DNA from: Antedon mediterranea
Lineage: Eukaryota > Animalia > Echinodermata
DNA length: 64,000 bases
Reading direction: 5' to 3'
Assembly (NCBI RefSeq): GCF_964355755.1
Contig: NC_092673.1
Span: 35,585,648-35,649,647, forward strand
A program made the translations under genes and the position numbers. The notes below the pieces were generated by a model. It saw only the letters and a program-made list of their open reading frames with translations, was not told the origin of the DNA and did not search any database. This document shows positions 48,667 to 62,265 of this stretch, piece by piece (the stretch's first letter is position 1; each line of letters opens with the position of its first letter).

Positions 48667-49406
48667 ATACTAAATAAGACTTGATTTAATAGATATTATA
48701 CATGTCACATTAAATAGAATTATGATAATATATTTTGCAATTGTAAACTATTTTATAAAACATATTTAATAACAAACTAGTGTATATTCACTTCTACAGA
48801 CAATTATTTACTACCATGCTAAATTAGTTCACAAAAAAGGCCTAACACAGCAACACCAAAAATCAACGAAGCGTTACTCAGCACAGCCTATTCTTTACCA
48901 TTGCCGCGTACTAATCTACGACTGGTAAATTAAGTATTGTTTTTATGATATAAATTAGTATAAAATACATTATTATATTATGTTATTAATAGGATACAAT
49001 GTTAAATTTCATTAACATTTATTTGTTTTACCAGAAACAAGTTAAATATAGAAATATTATTAAACTATCCTTCGTGAAAACGTGTCAACACCAACACGCC
49101 CGGTAGCGCTATCGTAGCGCCCGGTTGCTGAAGCGAACTGTTTATTCTGCAGTTTTTACTTCATAAATTGAAACGAACAATTAAATATCCAAACAGCATT
49201 TAACATGATGTTGGCATGTAGTGGATAACATTTTTTATCATGAATATACTACCGGTGGATCCAGGTTTAGATTAGTGTAACCGTAACAAAAAGTTGTATA
49301 CATCCTCACTTATGGCGTCGCCCTACCACATAGACAATATTACTGTTACAAGGAAAATCGCGGATTACTCATTCTTGTGATATATATTCTTTGGTTGTAG
49401 TTATTC

Positions 49407-50728
49407 CAAAGAACTTATAACGCAAGAATCTCCTGTTCTTCAATTTGCATTCAAAACACAGTATCGGAAGTACAGGGTTAAAAGGTCAAACTGGGCGACG
49501 CCATTTCACAGCATGGAGCAGCGCCCCCTCCAAACTAGGAAGTCAATTACTCTACCCCCTAGAGAGTATTAGCAGAACCCCTCTATGATTTTGACTTTCT
49601 AATTTGATGCGGGCGCCCTACTCCTCAGTCAATCAGAGCCATATATATAAAGAGTTACGACATTGGATTATAGTCACGTGATATGCAGATCAATTTGTGT
49701 CAAACTTGTCTCCGTTAATGCATGTAAAGTATAGGAGCAAGAAATTACTTTAAACTTTTTCTTATATTAAAAAAAATGTAATTGCACATTTTACGGTGGA
49801 ATATCGACGTGCACAGCGTACAGAACCACTTGCGCCAAAGAATATTGCGCGCGCGTACGCTAGTACATTATAACGTTCGATTGATTGATTTTGGAACAAA
49901 ACATCCCATAACTACGTCCCATTAATAACAATTATGTAATATTTTCAATTCATAATGCATGCTTTGATGACTAAATAAAATAATAAAGTGTCGTGGATAT
50001 ATTTGTTAATATATTGAATAGGTATGAACAATATTAAAATAATAAAGACAAATTATTACAAATGAAATGATGAACGAGTCTCTGAAAGCTTGTGTCAAAA
50101 ACACACAGAGAGCCATATACTGTATAAAAAGAGGGGTGAATTTGTGTGTTTTTTGTATTGGTTCATGCTTTGATGTATCCTGACTTGCATGTAGGCCCTA
50201 GCATTTATTCTTTTGTTATTATAGACACAATATATATATGTTACCAAATTAATACCATTAATAACATTATTTACTAAAATAAAAACGGAATCTAAGCGTT
50301 ATTTCATTGACAACAAAATCTAAAAATAATGCATGGAACTACAGGAAAACGCTATACAAAAGAGACGCGCGCGCCCTCAGCGTGCGAATTCTTTGACACA
50401 AAAATGGCTTCTAATTTTCAATGTCGTAACTCTTTATATATATGGCTCTGCAGTCAATTACTCTATCCCCCCTAGAGCATTTGCAGATCCCCTCTATGAT
50501 TTTGACTTTCTAAATTGATGCGGGCGCCCTACTCCTCAGTCAATTACTCTATCCCCCTCTAGAGCATTAGCAGATCCCCTCTATGATTTTGACTTTCTAA
50601 TTTGATGCGGGCGCCCTACTCCATGGCTCACAATGGCTCCACCCATAGCTTTATTCTATCCCACAATGCCTTTCGAAATTGTTACGCGCTTCGGACGAAC
50701 AGGAGATTCTTGTGTTATAAGTTCTTTG
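49407..50728. mobile_element. MITE with 7-bp TSD (P-superfamily-like)
   Basis: TIR CAAAGAACTTATAAC(G/A)CAAGAATCTCCTGTTC; GTTATTC on both sides; internal ~85-bp repeat x3. Confidence 0.8.
49634..50450. mobile_element. hAT-like MITE with 8-bp TSD
   Basis: Perfect 32-bp TIR CAGAGCCATATATATAAAGAGTTACGACATTG; CAGTCAAT on both sides. Confidence 0.88.
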
Positions 50729-51398
50729 GTTATTCTAGTTTATAGAATAGTTGTAAAGTGAGCCCTCTATTGATGAGTATGAGGAAGCATTTTATAGAGA
50801 GTTGATGGTTTAAAATTGTAGAGTGAGCCCTCTGTTGACAAAGATGAGACATAACTTTTGGAGAATGTTGATTGGCTGATAGTTGCTGGTTGATTCAGAC
50901 AACATTATGACTATTGAGACCAGTCATTCAACTAAAATAAGGAGTAAATTACTGTACTTTTAGACAAATAATGTTCTTGAGATTTAGCCAACTGATTATC
51001 TTTTTTTGAGATGTGCTTCTTTTTAATACATTTACTTAGGTTAAGGGTGGGGTGAATGATTCTTTTGAAATAATTAAGCACACAGACTCATTTTGAGATG
51101 AACTTAAAATGTTTTCAAGAATAAGCCCACTGAGATTCTCATTGATGATTTCATATCATTTATTGACTAACCTGACTGATCTAATTCTGATGGATGTTTC
51201 ATCATTGTTGGCGTTCAGTGGTAGTGTCAACCTGGCATTGTCATTTACATTCCAAATCTCCCATTGGTTTGGATTCTTTTGTTGTTTCCCCATAAGACCT
51301 ATGTCAGCTCCATTGCTAGAAATATTTCCCTGTAAAAATAACATTCTATAAAACAACAAAGTCATCAAATGACATTTGAATAAATTATGTATATTATA

Positions 51399-51895
51399 TT
51401 TTACCAGTACCTCTATCATCAGATGTATATGGCTTTTGAATACACCATGTCTCAATATATTTTATTTTACCTGTACCTCTATCATCAGATGGCTTTTGAA
51501 TACACCATGTCTCAATATAAATTATTTTACCAGTACCTCTATCATCAGATGTATATGGCTTTTGAATACAACATGTCTCAATATATCTTTATTTTACCAG
51601 TACCTCTATCATCAGATGTATATGGCTTTTGAATACACCATGTCTCAATATATTTTTATTTTACCTGTACCTCTATCATCAGATGTGGCTTTTGAATAAT
51701 ACACCATGTCTCAATATATCTTATTTTACCTGTACCTCTATCATCAGATGTATATGGCTTTTGAATACATCATGTCTCAATACATCTTTATTTTACCAGT
51801 ACCTCTATCATCAGATAGCTTTTGAATACATCATGTTTCAATATATCTTATTTTACTGTACCTCTATCATCAGATATATATGGCTTTTGAATACA
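51399..51895. repeat. Minisatellite, ~60-66 bp unit x ~8
   Basis: TACCTCTATCATCAGATG..GGCTTTTGAATAC repeated head to tail. Confidence 0.93.
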
Positions 51896-53779
51896 TTTAC
51901 ATGTTATTGTTACCTGCTAATGTAAATACCAAATAATTAAATTAAAAAAAAATCATGAATGTTAGTCCACATCCTAAACAGTCCACATCCTAAACAGTCT
52001 ACATACTACTTCATATACTAGCTAGGCATTGGTTTGCGACCGATTTGAATACACAGTGGATCGAATTACTCCGCTTGCAAACAAAAGTGGAAGTTTTGCA
52101 TCACCAGTCTAGCTAGGCCTAGGCTTAAAAAAGGTGCTAAACAGTATTCATTCAATGATACTAATGCATATCTTTACAATAATGAATTTGTTCAATGTTT
52201 ATTTTCCAAGATGCTTTACTTTAAATTATTCCCTTAGGCCTAGGCTATATAGGCTATTATATGGTATTTTAAACAACAAACCGCACGTTTTCTTACGTCC
52301 ACGTGTCGTCGTGTACTCTCGCTGATAGCTTAAACGGACTAAATGTCGGTACCAATGTGGTAGTACATGTAAACCTCTAAAGAGTATGGCGCGTCAAATT
52401 GCCTTTTGAAAATATCAAAAGTACAAAATACATAGCCCTCCAATCCCATTAGCTAAAAAGTCTTTGTAAAAGTATTTTACCATGAATAATTCCTGATTAA
52501 GATAATTTGAATTTTGAATATTAACACAAATCATTTTTTTTATCGAGAAGCATTCCTCTAGTTTCTGTTTTTGAGGAGTACAGCACCCAATCCTGACAGA
52601 AACTAAGATTGTTTTGCGTGTTAAGGTTGAGCAAGATCTTCTTGAGATATCTTGTAAATGCATAAATAAACAGAGGAGAATAAAACATATCGTGGTGGAG
52701 AAGTATACACATAGCTTTAATAGCCGCTTCCAATATGTTTGTATTCTCTGTCTGTCTGTCTGTCCATTTACAAGATATCTAGCATTGAATAAGTAAGAAA
52801 TGCAATTAGCCTACATTTCCAAATTGAGTTGGTTTTCACTGGTTATGTATCATCAGCCTCATATAAAGTTCAGGTTGGAAACTTTCCTTTTGACAGCCAG
52901 ATGAAATTAGAAACGTTTCATGCTACTGTACTCTATTTTTTAAAAGACTATAATTATTAATTATAACCCCTGGCGCCTCTGTTTCACAAATTCTGGATTC
53001 AGTCCTGATTAAAACCCCCCTCTCCCACAACACGCCCACACAAACAATGTTTAATAAAATAAAGTCAAAATTATCTATTATAAATAATTTTTTTATTTAA
53101 AAAATAATTAATCATAATCATTAAAATACATTATGTATTTTATTGATCTCAGGTTAATCTGATAATATACGTAGTAGTAACACTGATTCTCTATTCACAA
53201 TTCCTACCAATACATAATTACCTAATAACTCAAAAACCACCATTCCCATGCCAATGCCCTCTTCCCTTCTCCCCACCCCATCCAACCTACACACAACTGA
53301 AAACAAATATCCAGGAAAATATCTAAAGTCTTACAATGATATAATATAAAATTCTGATTATTATTCAAAATCTTTTTGCATTATTTTTGTAATAACACAC
53401 AATAGCAGTAAATTAAGTCTTACAATTACAATCAAATATATGAATGTTAGACACTTTTATTGCATTTATTTGTCTAATTTTCTAGAATAGAAAAATTGAT
53501 TTTCTTTACAATTAATACAGTTAATACTTAGTACTGAGCACTAACAAAGTAAACTGAAATATCTCAATAAAAATCAAAAAAGTAAAAAAAATACTGTAAA
53601 AAAAAGTAGATTATCGATATTACTGGCATATAATCTGCATATTCAAGTTAAAAATAGAATTTGAATTAGGAAAGTTCAAATATCTTGACATACAAGAACG
53701 AAGTACACACAATCTGATACTAGACCTGAAAGACAACTTGAAAATATGTGTTTTATCCTTAACTAAACATATTTATTTA

Positions 53780-53940
53780 CTAGCAATTATACCCGCTCCA
53801 GGGCAGGTTTCAAATTTAGTTTTAAAACATTCTTGGTACAAATCTGATTAATTTGATACCTCATAACCCCTGGACCCCAGTATCTCCCTGTACTCGAGTC
53901 ACCAACCTCCTCCCCTCTTCAATCACATCACACACTCGGG
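53780..53940 (-). mobile_element. Diverged 3' fragment of the Helitron family at 31980-33408
   Basis: CTAGCAATTATACCCGC..GGGCAGGTTTCAAA matches the reverse complement of that element's 3' end. Confidence 0.75.
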
Positions 53941-54077
53941 TGATTTTTAAAAAATAAAATAGATTGCAGCTTGCAATAGTGTTTAATTGTAATTTAATTT
54001 AACTTTATTTCTAGGCCTAGTACTTTACATCTGAGTAATGTTTTTGCCTTCAGTGTTGCACCTTTATGCTCTTTGAA

Positions 54078-54377
54078 GAATAACAATTCCCTCATTATAT
54101 AGTTCAACAACTTGTTGAATGTTTGTAATAACAATTACCTCATTATATAGTTCAACAACTTGTTGAATGTTTGTAATAACAATTACCTCATTATATAGTT
54201 CAACAACTTGTTGAATGTTTGTAATAACAATTACCTCATTATATAGTTCAACAACTTGTTGAATGTTTGTAATAGCAATTACCTCATTGTATAGTTCAAC
54301 AACTTGTTGAATGTTTGTAATAGCAATTCCCTCATTATATAGTTCAACAACTTGTTGAATGTTTGTAATAGCAATTA
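54078..54377. repeat. Minisatellite, 48 bp x ~6
   Basis: CCTCATTATATAGTTCAACAACTTGTTGAATGTTTGTAATA repeated; each unit holds the palindrome TTCAACAA-C-TTGTTGAA. Confidence 0.95.
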
Positions 54378-55368
54378 ATACATCAATTGGAATGTAAAAC
54401 TTATAGTACTGTGCAATAGAATTAATATCAAACACTGTATAATACTTACAAATAATAAATTAAATTCAAATATAAAACTGTAATAGTACATCTTATAAAT
54501 TAACAATTTGAAATATAAAACTGTACAATTAGTTTGATAGATATTAAAGCAACACTAGTTTGACAAAAAAAGTGTGATGTGCCCAAATATGGTAGTGATA
54601 TATGCCATATATGGGCACATCACATTTTGTCACATAAAGTTTGATGGTGCAGACAGAACTTCATGGAAAATTATAAAAATAAATGAACAGCACCATCTTC
54701 TGTTCTGGTGTGAATGTAGCTTTATTTATAAAGATAAAAATTAGAAACAATTAAATATTGTTTACCTGTCATTTATTTGTATACTTAGATAAACCATGAA
54801 GGTATAATAAACATAATTCACAAGAAAAGGAAAGAACTATTTTAAAAACTAAACGGTTGTACAGTTTTCAGTGAATAAAAATTGAGAGAATAGTTGAAGA
54901 ATTATGATCACGATGAAAAGCCCCTCATAGCAACATTCAAATCCTGTGAAACTAACAATTTTAAACAAAATTTGGCGTAATATGTCTTACAATTAAATTC
55001 AAGATGACTCATCAAATTATAAAAATACTGGCATATCAAAATAGACTGTATCAAAATCTTAATTCTGACATATTACAAATGATATGCTATGTGTGCAATA
55101 TATTAGGTTGCATTAGCAATTGTCTTAAGATACTAATATACTAAATCCAAGGTAATATTGAATTTTAAACATAATATATTGTTTACAAATATTAAATAAA
55201 CAATTTTATATATAATATGACATGTATTAAAATACAATATTCACCATGATTTAATTTACATTTATATTATCAAAGATTATGATAACAAACAAGTGCCTGT
55301 AGTACATGTATCATGCAGTTGTAATGAATGTCAAATTAAGCGGCACTTTAATAACTACTGTATAGCAG

Positions 55369-57518
55369 TTAATAGGAAAATCTACCATTTATACTCTGGA
55401 AGTGTTTCCTCATATCCTGCACTATATCATTAGGTAATTTACACCCACGCATATCAAGTGTTTTCAGTTTAGGAGAAATAGCCAGTAATGTGCCAAGTGA
55501 AGAACCTGTGATGTCACGGAGAGTATTCTTATTGATATCAAGATTATCTAATTCCAACACTAGGTTTCTATTGACACATTCCCTCACCATAGCATCTATG
55601 ATAACACCTGACAGATGGCAGAAGTACATGTTAAGTGTTTTCAGTTTAGGTGAAATAGCCAGTAATGTGCCAAATGAAGAACCTGTGATGTCACTGAGAG
55701 TATTCTTATTGATATCAAGATTATCTAATTCCAACACTAGGTTCCTATTGACACATTCCCTCACCATAGCATCTATGATAACACCTGACAGACTGCACCA
55801 GCCTATGTTAAGTGTTTTCAGTTTAGGACAAATAGCCAGTAATGTGCCAAGTGAAGAACCTGTGATGTCACTGAGAGTATTCTTATTGATATCAAGATTA
55901 TCTAATTCCAACACTAGGTTTCTATTGACACATTCCCTCACCATAGCATCTATGATAACACCTGACAGACTGCACCAGCCTATGTTAAGTGTTTTCAGTT
56001 TAGGACAAATAACCAGTAATGTGCCAAGTGAAGAACCTGTGATGTCACTGAGAGTATTCATATTGATATCAAGATTATCTAATTCCAACACTAGGTTTCT
56101 ATTGACACATTCCCACACCATAGCATCTATGATAACACCTGACAGATGGCAGAAGTACATGTTAAGTGTTTTCAGTTTAGGTGAAATAGCCAGTAAAGTG
56201 CCAAATGAAGAACCTGTGATGTCACTGAGAGTATTCCAACCAATATTAAGATTATCTAATTCCAACACTAGGTTTCTATTGACACATTCCCACACCATAG
56301 CATCTATGATAACACCTGACAGACTGCAGAAGTACATGTTAAGTGTTTTCAGTTTAGGTGAAATAGCCAGTAATGTGCCAAGTGAAGAACCTGTGATGTC
56401 ACTGAGAGTATTCCTACTGATATCAAGATTATCTAATTCCAACACTAGGTTTCTATTGACACATTCTCTCACCATAGCATCTATGATAACACCTGACAGA
56501 TAGCAGTTGCTTATGTTAAGTGTTTTCAGTTTAGGCGAAATAGCCAGTAATGTGCCAAGTGAAGAACCTGTGATGTCACTGAGAGTATTCTCATGGATAT
56601 CAAGGTTCTCTAATTCCAACACTAGGTTTCTATTGACACATTCCCTCACCATAGCATCTATGATAACACCCGACAGCCTGCAGTTGTACATGTTAAGTGT
56701 TTTCAGTTTAGGCGAAATAGCTAGTAATGTGCCAAGTGAAGAACCTGTGATGTCACTGAGATTATTCCCAATGATATTAAGATTATCTAATTCCAACACT
56801 AGGTTCCTATTGACACATTCCCTCACCATAGCATCTATGATAACACCCGACAGCCTGCAGTTGTACATGTTAAGTGTTTTCAGTTTAGGCAAAATAGCCA
56901 GTAATGTGCCAAGTGAAGAACCTGTGATGTCACTGAGAATATTCCCTCTCATATTAAGATTATCTAATTCCAACACTAGTCCTTTCTTTGATAGTGCATC
57001 AACAGCATCATTCATAGTTTCACCTGTTAAATTACCTAGTTTAAGCATTTTGAGTCGTCGTGCATTAATCAACAAATGAATTAAAAATGATGTAGAAAAA
57101 TGTGTACCAATTGGATATAGCTCGCTTTGATAAGCTTCTATATTGTATTTAAAGGTATATTTACTACATTCAGTAGACAGACCTTTCACCACATCATCAT
57201 TATATGATTGACTGATTTTAGAAAAAACATACTCTTCATCTTTTACAGCAATCAAAACATGAGCTAGCATTCTACCAATGTCTTCTGATGATTCCTGTTG
57301 AATCCATTCCCACCTCTTACGGTGTTTCCATTTTCTTTCTTCCTTATTCATACTACTTATCATCTTTATGATACCCTGATCTGTTTTTAAGCTCTTACCA
57401 CGTCTCATGAAAAATCGTCTTACAGAGTTACATATCTCATCTATAGCATGTTCATCTGTCATTGTATCTTGACTTGGTAGCTGTTGATGTGAAGTTGAGG
57501 GCTCACTGTTATCAATAC
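55369..57518 (-). CDS. Last coding exon of an NLR-like gene: ~9 tandem 59-aa RI-like double LRR units
   Basis: Acceptor TTTTACAG|G at 57518, in frame with the 697-aa ORF; LxxLxIxxNxL alternates with LxxLxMxxCxL; 177-bp DNA repeats. Confidence 0.92.
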
Positions 57519-57888
57519 CTGTAAAAGGAATTCATTTTATATTAATAAGACACGGTGGAACCAGACAATGGGTGTGCAGCAATTTGATATATATTTACCA
57601 GATTCATGTCAACTTTTACAATATTAAAAGTTTCTTTATTGCTTAAGATATACACAGTATACATTAATATTTGACAATTTAGAAATAATGTAAAAGAAAC
57701 AAAAACTTAAAAAAAAAAAGTTTAAAAAATATAAACACACACTCCTTAAAGTGTATTTTTAGATGTATAGAATTTATAATTATATTCTGTAATTAAATGT
57801 TATTTTATTAATAAAATCATTTTATTTTCTATTATTTCTAAACAATAAATAATAACAATAAATGTTACATTTACTATTTTTTAATTAC

Positions 57889-57990
57889 CTTTAATTAGAT
57901 CCATTTCTTTTGGTGATTTCTCAGAATCTGTTTTAACAGAACATTTTTTCTCTACAAACATTTTTCTTACATAGTCTATTAATGTTGTCT
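57889..57990 (-). CDS. Linker exon (phase 1-1, 102 nt)
   Basis: AG..GT bounded; KTTLIDYVRKMFVEKKCSVKTDSEKSPKEMDLIK is open. Confidence 0.7.
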
Positions 57991-58114
57991 CTATTCAAAG
58001 AAATCAAATATCAACTCATGTATTATATAAAAAGTATATTTAAAAAATATAATAATTTTTTGTTTACATGTTTTTCATTTAAAATTAAAATACATGATTT
58101 ATTGTCAGTCTTAC

Positions 58115-58159
58115 TCTTTTTTCTTGGTTTCTTTGCTTCAACTTGATCTTCTGACTCAT
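58115..58159 (-). CDS. Linker exon (45 nt), basic NLS-like
   Basis: TTTTATTAG|..|GTAAG; DESEDQVEAKKPRKK. Confidence 0.72.
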
Positions 58160-58668
58160 CTAATAAAACAAGAGAAAATACTACAAATTAACTTTAATTC
58201 TTTAAATGTCCCTTTTATTCCCATTTTCTCATAGGTTTCAGTAAATGGTGTTTCCAGTGTTTTTCAAGCTCAGGTTTAGATTGACTAATTGTTGGTGAAT
58301 ATATTGCTGCTTCTGGTAATTTTCCAGTTTACAGACGTTTAATTTAAAAAGACTCCCAGAACAATTCATTTTCACACACCTCATGGTATATTTATTTGAA
58401 CTTACACCTTTAAATCGGTGGCACTCAATTAATGACAATTGGTGTCTTATTAAAAATATAAATAAGACACCAATATATTATTAGATAGGTATAGGTACTG
58501 TATTAAAAAAAATATGTTAGATAATATAACTGAACATTGTGTTTTTAAGACTTAAAATTATATCATTCACAATCTGATCTAAACTACATTGTGACATAAC
58601 AAATTTCTTCATAAATTTTTCTTTAAACTTTTTAATTCTTTTCTGAACTGACAGTACAGCATACCAAC

Positions 58669-58710
58669 CTTTTGTTGATTTCTTTGTTTTCTTTAATTTA
58701 ACAGACTTAT
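58669..58710 (-). CDS. Candidate linker exon (42 nt)
   Basis: TGTTTAG|..|GTTGGT; DKSVKLKKTKKSTK. Confidence 0.55.
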
Positions 58711-60662
58711 CTAAACACAACATGAAAAAGAAGTTACTATTGTAAATAATATTATACAAAATGAATGTTTATCAGTGTGGTGAAATATAACCTTTCATCA
58801 TTCACCTCTGGGCATTATTTATACCATTACATAAATATAAAACATTCATTATTTGTTTTATATCTAAATAGATTCCTGTCATTTGAATCAGATTGAATCA
58901 AATGTAGGCCTAGGCTAGTAGCCCAGGCCTACATTTGATTGAAACAGTAACATTTGGTTTTTAATAATATAATAAATATTATCTTTATTTGGATTTTATA
59001 AACACACTTACTGTAGTGTTAATTATGTCAACAAACGACCTGATCTGTTTTATGTTTCGTTTGGTCGTGCTAATGTTTGTAAAAATGGTTTTATTTCTCG
59101 TTTGTCTTCCATGAGTTTGTTGCTGTGTACATTGCTATGTTTCCCGTTAACTTATGGGTAGTGGGGGTAAAAATCTATATATATATATTTATATTTTATT
59201 TTTTCATATAACATCACCTGTAAGTGGGAACATTGTTCCTGTTGGAATGTTTTGAATAAATAAAATAAATAAATAAATAAAGGAAAATAAATAAAGGAAA
59301 ATAAAAAACAATCCTAGGCCTAGCAAGACTAGGCTAAGCGCCTAGGCCTAGCCTAATACTAACAGGCCTAGAAAGGCAGCGATACCATTACAAAACTTTG
59401 ACAGGCAACTGGAACTCAATTTTTTCAATGATTCTACGTCTTGTAGAGATGTTCCCATTAATTAATCAAAAATCCTACACACTATCTAAAGCTAATTAAA
59501 AGGCTTTTTTTGGTCTAAATTAGTACATATATCTCTCCAAATATGTACTTTTATCGCGAATAACATAACATTCAATCTTCGTGGCAGAAATACAAAATAG
59601 GAGGTGCTGTTGTATTTCTATTATAAAAAAAAATATTTTTCAAATGAGAAAAGATTTTTTTGTTCGTACACGAAATAAATTACCATTGAACAACCATTCA
59701 ATAGTGCGTACTATTGTCATGTGACCGACAATCGTACAATCAAATGACACAAATTTATTTAGGTGTTATGTTATAACAAATTGAATATTATATATTACAC
59801 ATCTATTTAAACATGGATCTGATATAAAATTTGTTGTTGTAGATAAACTGTCTTTGCAGTTGATTTCTCAATAGTGGAGTTCATTTTTTCTTTTCTCTCT
59901 TTTCAGTTTAATATCGTTATCAACGGTATGTAATCACACAAACAATTTTTAATGAGTGTTTCAGTTGTCGAAAAAATCACAACTTTAAAGATTTTTTAAA
60001 TTACATGGTGTACTATAGTATCATAAACTTAAAATTGCCAAAATTGTAAAGGCAGAACTAAACAGCCACTGACCAACCTCCTCCCCCGGGGGCTGACCTA
60101 AGAAATTAATTTTTTTAATAATAGAGCTGTTAGGTCCTCAGAAATGGGACTTATTATTTGAAATAAGTCTCCCATCATGCTTGGGGCTAAGTTAAGACAA
60201 TTTTGAGCTGTTAAGTCCCCTGAAATTGGACTAATAGACGTACTTTAAAATATGCAACAAAATATGTAAGTCTCCAGGTACAGATCTACCATGAGCTTAG
60301 AAATTTTAAAAAAATAGAGCTGCTTAGTGGACCGTTTCGCCTTTTTGGTGGGGGTGTGGACTACTACATCATGCAATTGTTTATGTCTAGATGTAAGCTA
60401 AAATAATTGCAGTCTTTTCTTTGTAATATGACCAGAGCTACTGAAAGGGTCTATTAATAATTATAAAATAGTTTATGGAATAATTAATAAAAATTAAAAA
60501 AATAAGTATATTTACTTGTAAAAGTATAGAACAATTTTAAATTTAATTGCAAAGTATTTTTTAAATTGAATTCAAATTATTAAAATGCTATAAATGAAAA
60601 TTGACTATTTACTAAATAAAGGTTTATAGCTAACAAAATATACTTTGTTAGAACTTGCATAC

Positions 60663-60722
60663 CTAGTATAGATGATGATTGTTGTTGTGGCTCAACATTC
60701 TCTGTTTGCGTACCTCTACATT
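60663..60722 (-). CDS. Candidate linker exon (60 nt)
   Basis: CACAG|..|GTATGC; ECRGTQTENVEPQQQSSSIL. Confidence 0.6.
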   Translation of the reverse strand, partial: NVEVRKQRMLSHNNNHHLY

Positions 60723-61252
60723 CTGTGGTTTTATATTAAACAATATAATTGTTGGTTAAAATAAACAATATATATATAATATTTCCTCATCTTTATCATT
60801 TCAAATTAATTAATTGAATTTCAGTATATCACCGTGCGGTTTAGAATTTATTCTGTGCCTGTGACGTTACTGTGCAGTCTTTCCCTTTGGTTGTTATTCT
60901 GAATAAAAACATTTTGCCTTCCATACCTACAGTATACGACCATAAGATGTGATATATAAAGTATAATATAATTTCTTACATGTGGTCAACAGCAACATAC
61001 ACCTTTGTTAAATTTTAAGATTTATTATCAACATATTTATAAAAAGTAATTATGAATTATTATTAAACTGTGATGTACATTTGACTATAACATTATTTAA
61101 GTTATAAATATTCAGAGAAATAAAAATACTGTAACAAATCCCTGGTAAATACAAATGGTAGATGGGGTGGGGGGGGGGGGGGTTATTATTTATTAGGTAG
61201 AGAACGGATTATCTCTTTTGTAGCTGTTTAATTCATTTGAAGATATACATAC

Positions 61253-61507
61253 CACTACCACTTCTGTAACGGAGTACCAATTGAAGGGTTGACTGATTCT
61301 GAATGTTGTAGTCGGACAGTGCTTGCCAATCTTTAAGCTGGTTTCCAGCAAAGATAATTTGTTGCTGCTCTGGAGGAATTCTCACTTTATCTTGGATCTT
61401 AGCTTTCACATTCTCAATGATGTCTGATGGTTCAACATCAAGTGTAACTTCCTCTCCAGTGAGTGTTTTCACAAAAATCTCCATGCCGCCTCTCAGCACA
61501 AAAGGCT
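61253..61507 (-). CDS. Exon encoding a diverged ubiquitin domain
   Basis: ATCAG|..|GTATGT, 255 nt; 55/76 residues identical to ubiquitin by manual alignment. Confidence 0.9.
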
Positions 61508-62202
61508 CTGATAATAGACAAAAACAAGACTTCAAAATGTGCCTAATATTCATATCAAGGCCATATTTGGCTAAGATCAGATTTTAATATCATGACATAA
61601 TGACAATAACAATGCAAATCTCTTAATAATTTTTTAATACAATACTTTCTGATAAAAATGAAAAACAATTGTAGATTTTTTATACATAAAAAGAATAGGC
61701 ATACATTGGTTCAGGTTCATGATTGTTTATTATTTACACTCAGCTATGTGCTTTTTATGTTTTGTTCAGACACACATGAAATGGCAGCTGTGGGGTGAAG
61801 GATGGTTGTCATATTCTTTTATACACAGATGTCTAGAATCTGCTTATTTTATATTCCATTCCATTATCATACTTCTTGTATTTGTATATGTTTTTTGATC
61901 TTGAAATAAAAATGTCATGCAGTGAAATTTTCTTATACATGACATGTCCTATAAACTCACATGCTTAAATGGTATACTGTAAAAAGTATTTAATTATTTA
62001 AAAAAAATCACACTCAACAGTGGGAAACCTGCCTCTTACCTAAGGATATTGTCATAGTAATTATAGTAGTATTATGTCTAGAGAAGATTTTGAACTATAC
62101 TAAATGATAGACCATTATAAATAATGTACTCGTAAAATAGGAAGTAACAGTTTTCATAATAAAAAAGTGTTGAATCCCACCAGAACAGAACATGGAATTT
62201 AC

Positions 62203-62265
62203 CTGTACCAGTAGAGCTTTTTTGTAATGCTGATTTTGGCTCTCCTTCATCAGTACCGCCAGCAT
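62203..62265 (-). CDS. Linker exon (63 nt)
   Basis: TTTACAG|..|GTAAAT; AGGTDEGEPKSALQKSSTGT. Confidence 0.75.

Larger units (their letters stand above)
41860..49393. mobile_element. TIR element (CAAAG...CTTTG termini, possibly P-superfamily) hosting two nested LINEs
   Basis: TIR CAAAGAATATATATCACAAGAATGAGTA at both ends; no matching TSD seen. Confidence 0.7.

Noticed and set aside
55490-57079. Long plus-strand ORFs (337 and 190 aa)
   Set aside because: Antisense shadows of the tandem LRR repeats.
61253-61507. Stand-alone ubiquitin gene
   Set aside because: Too diverged, lacks the GG tail, and is bounded by splice sites in phase with neighbouring exons.
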